Positions 54,286 to 64,000 of a DNA stretch of 64,000 bases are shown here, piece by piece. Source of the stretch: Bispira polyomma (lineage: Eukaryota); the NCBI GenBank assembly GCA_965649765.1, contig OZ287756.1, forward strand, positions 44,888,001-44,952,000. The letters are read 5' to 3'. Both the position numbers and the translations under genes were made by a program. Numbering within the stretch: position 1 is the stretch's first letter; each line of letters opens with the position of its first letter. The notes under the pieces are model-generated. The model saw nothing but the letters and a program-made list of their open reading frames with translations. It was not told where the DNA came from and searched no databases.

Positions 54286-56133
54286 TTAGCTTAAAGTACA
54301 TCTAACGTTTACAGGGCAATGTTCCCTAGATGCTCAGATGTAGCAGTTTTTTCCAGGTGGTCCAGATGGACCTCTTTCACCCTTGAATCCTTTCAATCCT
54401 TCAGGTCCCTCTATACGTCTGTATCCTTTATAGCCACTTGGTCCAGGAGAGCCAGTATATCCAGTATAACCCTTTAATCCTGGTGACCCTGTATTGCCTC
54501 TGTCACCTTTGTCCCCAGGAGGTCCTGTGTTGCCCTTTATTACCAGTTGTTCCTATATCACAAGGTGGTCCTGCTACTCCTAGCTTCCCTTGAACTCCTA
54601 TGTCTCCAGTGTCTCCTTGTTCCTCTGAATCACCTTTATTTCCCTTCTCTCCCTTTTCCTCCTGTGGATCCACGTTGACCTTCAAGTCCCTCTGGTCCTG
54701 TATTTCCACTTGCACCAGTATTACCTGTTGCACCTGTGGAGCCAATATCACCTTTATCACCAGGACTACCAGTTAAGCCAAGTGGACCTCTTACACCTGA
54801 AGATCCAGTGTACCCTGTACCACCTGTATGTCCTGTAGCACCAGTGTCACCAGCAGCAGCTGTGTCACCTTTAGAACCAGTTTTACCAGGGGGTCCGGTG
54901 TAACCTGTAACACCTGGCTTACCAGGTTCACCTCTTTGTCCAGGGTAACCAGGTGGACCTCTGTCACCTGTAGCTCTATGTAGGCTTCCATCTAAAAATA
55001 AACATCATTTCAGTGAAAAACTATTTCATTTCAGTGAAACATTTTTTAAAATTTGTTCCAGATATTTCCAAAACATTGTTTAAATTGATCCATATCACCC
55101 CTTGAATTATAGAGGTCACAGAGCAGTTGAAATTTACTCTTAATAATTAGCAAATATTCAGAAAAAAAGGATTATTTTGTTTGTTTGCTTTTTCTTGTTT
55201 ATAAACCATTTTCCAACTAAGAGTAAATAGTTTATTAAAAGTAATTAATCATCTCGAGTAAAACCATACCTAACAAAACTCACATACTCTAACTCTGAAC
55301 TTCAAATCCAGGTTGTTTGAGATCCACAATTCAAAATTGATTTGATTGTTTACCAGAAATAAACAAAAATAAACATTTGACACATGATTTTCATGGTATA
55401 GATATGGATAAATTATTTAATGCTAAAAGAGCACATAAATGTTATGCATGGGATACAAAATCGGAAGGGTCTGTGTTTTAATTAGCTACACAAATCACAC
55501 CTCTCCAAGTCGACCAACCTATAGCTTTTCAAAAAAAAAACATTATCAAAATACTCATTCCCAGTAGTTTCCAGGGTATAATATGTCGTAAAATACCCAG
55601 TAAAGTACACGATAAAATATTGAGTAATTACTTAGCTTCATCTGCGTGGCCAAGTTTGCAAATTCAGGAGTTTACTAACAAACTGACATAATAACGGAAA
55701 GGATTTAAATGATACACTCAATGGCATAGGTACAGAGAATATATTGCTACACACAGTTCTGATTACTTGTCAGTTGAAACTATATCACTACATACGCTCT
55801 TATAAAAATAAAGATTCATTTTCTTATTTTATAGAAATATCGGTATTTACAAGATTAAACTGGAAGAGACAAAAACGGATCATACAAATTTAGGTTATGA
55901 AAACATAAAATACGCTTTACAATTATCTCATCTGTACAATGTGTTGGCTTTAAAGGTAAAACCCAACTAAACATTTGTACCACTTATCATATACTTTCCC
56001 CTTTACTTGCATTCATTCGGCCATCAATATCTGTAAATCTGACAGCATAATTTGTATTTCACCTCATTTTGTCCATATATATGATTGCATACATTGAGTA
56101 TAGTGAGACGTAAGAAAAATGTTTAATCAACAT
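54286..56133 (-). pseudogene. Type-A-like short collagen pseudogene (copy C)
   Basis: Exon 1 (55988-56133) has a deletion and a GT>AT donor. Exon 2 (54286-54991) has a +1 frameshift near 54650, an 8-nt deletion near 54530 and a TGA in the Cys tail (KNCYI*ASREHCPVNVRCTLS). Confidence 0.88.
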
Positions 56134-58935
56134 TGTTCATCAGTTTTCTTGCATCAATGAATTATGTTATTATGGTTCACATGCTTAAGTAACATGCTTG
56201 TGAAAACTTCCTTGACATTAATTTACCTGGTGAAATTATCCTTTATGAATGTTCTTTTATTTCATACAATACTTGATAATACTATATACCTTTCTGGTTG
56301 CTGCATACACGTGAAAACAAACCTTAAAAAGAAATACAAATTAAGTCGAATAAAGTTTCAATTGATTTAATAAGTTTTACTTCTGGTATAACATTTTTTT
56401 ACGTGTAGTATAAGGTACAGCCTTAACTATTAACAGTGCTTAACTTACTTAAACGAGAGTTAAATCTAGGAAGTTGTTGACATGTTGATCAGAAACATAA
56501 ATTTGGTTTGCTATTTTTATCTATAAGAACATTTGAAAATTGTTTGTGCAGTGTAATTAATTAATCTCTTAATGTAATAATAACCACTAATATAATTTGA
56601 TTCAAAATAAATTAACCAGAAAACATGCACATTACACAATTATTTTGCTGAGAAATAATTATTGTTCACCGAGTCTCTAGTTTTTATGTAAACAAAGTAT
56701 ACAAACACAATATAAATGGAAATCTGAAACTGTTTGTCATGGTTTGTGATATTTCATCCTTAGACAAGCAAATTAAATAAATAACTATACTCGATCCTGT
56801 AATAATTTGTACAATGTAATATCCTGGGCATTGATAAACATTTGCAGAATACATTGAAAAGAGATTTAAAAGAAAAACATAATTCAGTTTAGTGGAATCG
56901 TTCATAATTCATGAAAACAATCAATTGCTATTCAATATCAGCACCAACACAGTCCACCACAATGTATAAACACAAATAATGCATTAAAGGGGTTGTGTTT
57001 AATCTACAGAATATTAAGCCTTATCTATTTTAGCTTAAGTTTTTCAATTATTTATAAAAAAGATTGTGTTAACTTTACACACTTTCATTTTACTGGGGAA
57101 TGTCTACAGGTTGGCGTCATATGCCCACAGTCTAATTGCTAAGATGTGAAGTTAAAGATAAGTTTCCGGGAATGCTATAAGTAGCTTTTGTGTGAAGTTA
57201 TATAAATCAGTAAAACCATGTTTGAGGATTTTATTTTGGTACATATTAGTAGAAGTATATATACAGGCACAGATAAAAGGGGGTATAATAATATAAAAAA
57301 TTTAAAACTTGCTAAAGTTGTGACACCCATATGGTACAAATTTAATAACAACAAATACTAAAATTAATAAAATACTTTAAGGGACTAACCCTGAATTATG
57401 AAATGAACATAATGTATCATCATAGGGTGTGTTACATATTAACAGACTATCGTGCCTAAGCCAATCTTTCCCCTGATATTCTAACAAGCTTGTTTCCAGT
57501 ACAGTACTGCTCATAAACTTGACATAAACATGCAAGTAGGAATAACATGATTGCCACTGTACTAGGAAATAAATAGGTCATAATTGACCAATAATTTTGT
57601 TTCACGACCAACGTTTTTTATCACAATCAACATTTTATTTTTCATGACCAACATTTTCTTTTTATTGTTTATATATATAATAGTTAATACACACAAAGCT
57701 AGCTTCTGAAGTTGCCGACAGCCTAAGGGTGCCCAGCTTCCCCTAGAATCTGTCTCTATTACACTACATCCTGTAGGTCGGAATCACAAAGGAGATATGT
57801 GGGATACCTGACATCTAATTTCATAGTTTAATTACTTATACCATAACTACTGTTGCTTCTCTTGTTAACCACATGAGAAGACAAGTTCCCCGTGAGAACC
57901 TTGTTTAAATTGGACAACCTTTTTTGACCAACTGATCAAGTACTTCCAGAGAATCCCTGATTGTCATTTAATAATGTAGATTAATAAAATATAAGTTGGT
58001 CGTATTTCAGATTTTATAATTCTGCACAAATGATAAATCAGTTTTCTAAATGAGTAAAAGGACAATCAGGTACAAACCTGATACCAAAATGGTAGATGTT
58101 AGCATGAAGTAGATTTTAAAATATATCATGCGAATATACACATTAAAACTTATTAGCTTACAATCACACTGAAGGTGTTCTAACCTGTTCTGAAAGTGAA
58201 CACTTTATATATTTATATATATTTCATATATTTTTTGAAAAACGAAAATGGTCGATGTGATGCCAAATCTCTAAAAATATATTGTTTTGAAATTTAAGGC
58301 ACCTTGATATATGTACCTGTGTATTTATAAACTATACCTGTGATTGATGGTTATTCCTAAAGTGGTGCTTTCCCTGTTGTGTGATGTAAACTCAGACTGT
58401 GTGACAACTAGTTAAATAAGAAATGATAAACAAATATTACCTTTTACAACATGTTAAGTGTAACTCTTTAAAACATACAGAAAACAATAAATATTTTAAA
58501 CCGTACTGTATGGGTTGACGACAACGGATATAACTACAAAATGTGGTAATTGTGGGAAAAAATGAAATACATAATTATATCACAAAGCAACTTAAAGGTT
58601 TTGACTGGAATGTCCCTCACAAAGCAATATATCAAAGTCTATAAACAAGAAACCCTCCAGTCGTTATGTAAATTGGCATTGGCTGCAATATAGGAAACAG
58701 TCCATAAATACTACAGATAATTTAGTTGAGATATTTATTTTCTCAATATAAACAGAATTCAAGAATACATGAGTTTATAATTTTACTCGTTAATTTGAAC
58801 AGATATAGACACATATTTAAAATATGTTTTTTTTTTCTTGCTATATATGTCACTTCTGAATATTTGACAATTCTCCGCTATACCAATAACTTTATCACAT
58901 AGTTACAAAAAGAGGAAACAACTGACAATCAAGTT

Positions 58936-60284
58936 TTATTTTAATGGACAACCTCTATCGCAATGTATTCCATCAGGACAGTCAAAGCAGCGATGAAATA
59001 CATCTTCCCCAGGTGGTCCAGATGGGCCTTTTACACCATTGAATCCGTTCAATCCTTTGGTTCCCTGTGTACCTCTGTATCCTCTATACCCACTTGGTCC
59101 AGGAGAGCCAGTATATCCAGTATAACCCTTTAATCCTGGTGGCCCTGTATTACCTTTGTCACCTTTGTCCCCAGGAGGTCCTGTGTCACCAGGTTGCCCT
59201 TTATTTCCAGTTGTTCCTATTTCACCAGGTGGTCCTTCTGCTCCTAGCTTCCCTTGAACTCCTATGTCTCCAGTGTCTCCTTGTTTCCCAGGATCCCCTT
59301 TATTTCCCTTCTCTCCTTTTTCTCTTGTGGATCCACGTTGACCTTCAAATCCCCCTGGTCCTGTACTCCCACTAGCACCTGTATTACCCGTTGCACCCGT
59401 GGAGCCAATATCACCTTTATCACCAGGACTACCAGTTAAGCCAAGTGGACCTCTTACACCTGAAGATCCAGTGTAACCTGTACCACCTGTATGTCCTGTA
59501 GTTCCAGTGTCACCAGCAGGACCTGTGTCACCTTTAGAACCAGTTTTACCAGGGGGTCCGGTGTAACCTGTATCACCTGGCTTACCAGGTTCACCTCGTT
59601 GTCCAGGGTAACCAGGTGGGCCTCTGTCTCCTATAGCTCCAACTAGGCTTCCATCTAAAAATAAACATTGGAAATCTGATATTTATATTATAGATTTGGA
59701 AACAATAAGTAGATGATTACCCATTTATCAGTGGTTTCTTTGGTATAACGTAAAATATGAGGCCAAATACCCACTAAGTACACAATAGCTTCATCTGCAT
59801 GGACAAGTTTGAAAATTCAGTAATATGCTAACAACCAAAAATAACTTATTTTCCTAGGCAGGGGTAATAGAAGTATGTTGCTACATGTAATCTAATAACT
59901 TTGTTGCTTTTGCTAGTATTAATAATTTGTCAATAGAAACTATAGCACTAAATACACCTCTAATAGAAATACCTGAAGAGCTATCTATGTAATTATATTC
60001 TCATATGATATTAATAATAATGATCTGGAAAATATGCTTTAGAATTATCCCTTATGTACAATGTGTTGGCTCTATAGGTAAAACCCAAGAAAACAATTGT
60101 ACCACTTACCATATACTTTCTCCTTCACTTGCTTCCACTCATCCATCAATATCTGTAAATGTGACAGCATTATTTGTATTTCATCTTCACAATTATCCAA
60201 GACAGTTTTCTGGGTATTTTGTCCATATGTATGATAACATACATTAAGTATAATTATACACAAGAAAATAATTTTAGTTAACAT
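58936..60284 (-). CDS. Short secreted collagen, type A copy 2 (D) (exons 60110-60284 and 58936-59654; 297 aa)
   Basis: Same exon lengths (175 + 719 nt) and splice sites as copy 1. About 71 triplets with one Gly>Arg. Tail VFHRCFDCPDGIHCDRGCPLK*. Confidence 0.88.
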
Positions 60285-63200
60285 TTTTTATTGGTTTTGC
60301 TTGGACAAATGTATTATGTTATTATGGGTCCAATGCTCAAGTTATTATTGTCAAAACTTCCTTGTCATATATTTAACTGTTGAAATTTTTCTTTGTAAAT
60401 GGTCTTTTTTCGACAAATGTCCTTTGTTATTATTGTTCCTATGCTGAAGTAATCATTGTCAAAAAACTTTCTTGTCATATATCTACCTGTTGAAATTATT
60501 CCTTGTAAATGTTCTTTTATTTCTTAAACTACTTGATAATAACACTCCAGTTCTTGCAAACATGTCAAAAGACATAAATGGTTAGGAAGCAATGAATTGT
60601 TTAGTCTATTAATTTTTTTTTTATTGTGAATAATTAATCTATTGGTAATAATACCCATGAAATAACTTGATTCAAAATAAATTCACCAGAAAACAGACAC
60701 AATAAGATACCACTATGTATGTTTAGTAGGGGATTGATTAATCCTTTCAGAGTCTCTAGTGTTTGTTAGAGTAGTATACAAATATAATGAAAATGGAAAT
60801 CTAAAACTGTTTGACATTAATATTATTCTATGTTTTGATGAAACATAGCCTTTTAAGGGTCTGTTGAAAACAGTCTAATTAATCTGGTATAATTAAAAAT
60901 TATTTCATGTCTGGACTACTGGGCCCGTGTTCACGAAAGGACTTTGCCAGGTCTTAGGCTTAAATCAGTATACTTTTGTGCTAGATTTAAGCCTAAGACC
61001 TGGCTAAATCCTTTTGTGAATACGGGCCCAGTACTCTTTATTTTCTTCCATATTTCACTTATGTGAATCCCACTTTTAAATTAAACTTGTCCTTTTGTAT
61101 TATATTGTATTGTAAATTTTTAACGCGCCTTATTGATGCTAGGCATCTCCTAAGGCGCAACATCAGAATCAGTCAGCCAATAGAAAAATCGAAAAACATA
61201 GCCAGGTCCTGCAATATGTAAGTCATGCAATATTTAATATTAACCTGCCTATATGTATATATAAGTGTGAGTGGGATTTTCTAGGATTTTATGGACCATG
61301 ATCTTTGCCTTCCATTCTGAGTGTGTCTCACATCCCCTCCCCAAACCCTCACATTCTCAAGTTTTTTTGGGAGAGGTGAGAATATACTTATTTTGACAAT
61401 TATACATTAACTTTGTGCTAGTTGACCCACCTTGTTTCCTAAGAGAGTGATGTTTTCAATGTGTGAATAAAATGCTAAATTTTAGGGTAGATTAAACATG
61501 TCCTACAATATCTTAGTTACCTGTGTATAAAGAGGTTCCCCTAACACCCTCCCCTTTTTGAGAGAGAGTGCTTTCTTCAACTTGTGTGGTAGGCATTTTC
61601 AGAGGGGTTCAGTGACATTTGTAACTGACATATTTAAAGGGCTAGAGCACCCTAAAGATTTACTACTGTTATGGTTATCAAGGACATGTAATGTTTGTCA
61701 AAACTTTGTTGTCATTTATTTGCCTGGTTTTAGTTGTTGCATAGAAAAACATTAAAAGTAAATGAATATAAAGTTAAAAAAAGTTGCAATAGTTTTAACA
61801 ATTTTACTTTATGTGTATCAATATTTATGTTTGTGTATACTAATTAGTATGTTTGGTTTTAGGTAATGACATAGCCTTAAATATTAACAGCACGTAAATT
61901 AATTAAACTTAAGTCTAACAAGAGTTAAATCTAGGACGTTGTTGACATATTGCACCAATTCAAAAATTTACTTCACTATTATTATATATAAGATCATTGA
62001 AAATTGTTTATGCACTGTAATGAAATAATATCAGGGTAATAAGACCCATATAAGTAATTTGATTCAAAATAAATTCACATGAAAACATTGGATGGCATTG
62101 TGTGGCAAAAGAATGCTTAATCTTTTCATTAGAGTCACTGGAGTTTGTACAAGTAATATACAAACATAATAATAATTAAAATCTGAAACTATAACATTTA
62201 TACTTTTCAGAGTGATAAAATTAATATACAACTTAAGTGAATAAATGTACCTTATTTTGTAATAATTTGCAAGTGGTAACATTTCGAGCATGATAGACAT
62301 TTGCAGATTAAAATAAAAGACATTTTGACGTGAATTTTACTTTAATTAAAATAGAATACAGATCTACCTTGTGAGAAATAAGAAAAATCTGATGAGAAGT
62401 ATGTTATGCAATGAATAAAACTAAATAAAAAAAAATAACCATAAGCCAGTGTTTGTACTATGCCTTTTTTACTTAGTTTTCAGGGTTTCTAAATTTGCTT
62501 CCTTTTTCACTGGGTAAACGTTTATGTCTAACTAATCATGTTTAATTTTTTCTGTTTTCATCCACTATTTTGAGGATATTACTGTATCTCCAGTAAGGTA
62601 AACTAGTCCATTCCAACTGAAAGAGTCATAGTTGCAAGTTTTGTAAATTGTCTGATTGACAAGACATATAAGGTGCTTATGCTCCAAAATTGTCTATTTA
62701 TGGGAGAAAGTTATCACAATGGTGGATGATTGGTAAGCTTGTACAGGAAGCTTTTCAATTGACTTTTACAATTGTGCCCTAACAATTTGTAAAGGTTGAC
62801 GATACTCAACTGGAGTGGTGAGGGTAAAACCGCCTTGACCAATCTGGCGAAGACTGATGGCATATTGACATGTTTTAAGTTACTAGTCCTGATGAGAGAA
62901 GACAAGGGGTTTGTTCAAGTCTAATGGTTCTAAACGCCATACTTAAAAAATCTGGGCTGCTCTATTGGTAAGTAAAGTATATTTAGGTATGATAACAGTG
63001 CTGAATAGTGGACAGTCGGCACTAATTGACTTGGTACAGTGAAACTGATGTGAGGTCGTGGTTGGTATGGGGAGGGACAATTGTTTCATGGTAGGTGTGA
63101 CAAATAGTTATATCACACAGACCAGGGGGTTGCCTTTTTAAGTGTTCTTCAGGAGCCAAAAATGACACCATCATTGCGCATACACTACATATGGTGACAT

Positions 63201-64000
63201 GCGACTCAGTTAACACAGTTGCACAAAACTATGTATTTAGTATGAATACTACATGTGGCAATACCAAACTCAGTACTCGCAATATATTTGTTGAAAAGTG
63301 CTGAAGTGGTTTCGTGGTTTTCATCTAATCAACAGGTATCAGGTGAACTTGTTTATAGGTAGAAAAAGATAGTAAAAATTAACGACATAATAATCGACTT
63401 ACCTATTGACTAAAGAGCTTGGCAGGTAAACACAATGTCATTCAATTACCAATACTGATAAACTCTGGTTCTTGGGATAAAGTTTCCGTACCCAGTCCAT
63501 GTACGTTCCTTTGAAATATAAGTATCTACAATATGAGTCACCAACTCCAAAGGTGTGAATTTGAGTGAGAAGGCAGAGGAACACCAAGTCATTAAAAAGG
63601 CACTCTTTGGGTTTTTATTAGTTCTAATACATCTACATAACTAAAATTAGTATTCTACTACTATTTTATGTACAAGGTTTTGATATAATAATAAGTAACA
63701 TCACAGTTAAGCTAATCACTAATGCACTTAACTGTGCTCAATAACAACATTTACAATAGTTACAATCATATTATTCTCACATTAGTCAAGTTTGTATCAT
63801 GCACTTAACTATCAAATTCACATACTAAAAGCAAGTTTATAAATAACACAGCTGCATGGATTAGTTAATGTAAGTAAGAACATGCTGCATTAATTATTTC
63901 ATTGAAGTACATGCAATGTATACGCATTAAAAATAAAAGATAATTATAAAACATATAAATGACAAATTACTGATATAAAAACGTATAAATGTAAAGAAAG
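59010..64000 (+). repeat. Segmental duplication, copy 2 (runs off the window end)
   Basis: The last line of the window matches 44280-44329. Confidence 0.95.
60917..61033. mobile_element. Palindromic MITE, duplicated copy
   Basis: Nearly identical to 40965-41081 and lies inside the duplicated segment. Confidence 0.85.

Overview
AT-rich animal (invertebrate-like) nuclear DNA with GT-AG introns and no prokaryotic features. (1) 229-6827, minus strand: five phase-compatible exons of a DEG/ENaC (amiloride-sensitive sodium channel) gene, covering the HG motif, TM1, FPAISICN and the GHQ..D..LDC / GNCFVFNSG motifs. The gene continues off the left edge and its start exon was not found. One splice donor has been amplified about 25-fold inside a 42-bp minisatellite. 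(2) About 7-37.5 kb: repeat-dense region with no recognisable host exons. It holds tRNA-derived SINEs (two nested insertions with TSDs), L2/CR1 and L1-like LINE relics, MITEs and an internally deleted DIRS/Ngaro-type tyrosine-recombinase retroelement. (3) About 38-64 kb: a tandem birth-and-death cluster of small two-exon secreted collagen genes, mostly missed by the ORF track. Each has a signal peptide, a one-Cys amphipathic helix, a phase-1 intron, about 70 Gly-X-Y triplets and a short Cys tail. There are three divergent chain types, all about 70 triplets long; the two intact types (A, B) are rich in Thr at the Y position. The cluster includes a head-to-head pair, three intact-ORF copies, two pseudogenes, orphan fragments and a recent >5 kb segmental duplication. 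All annotation was done by eye; no database searches were run.
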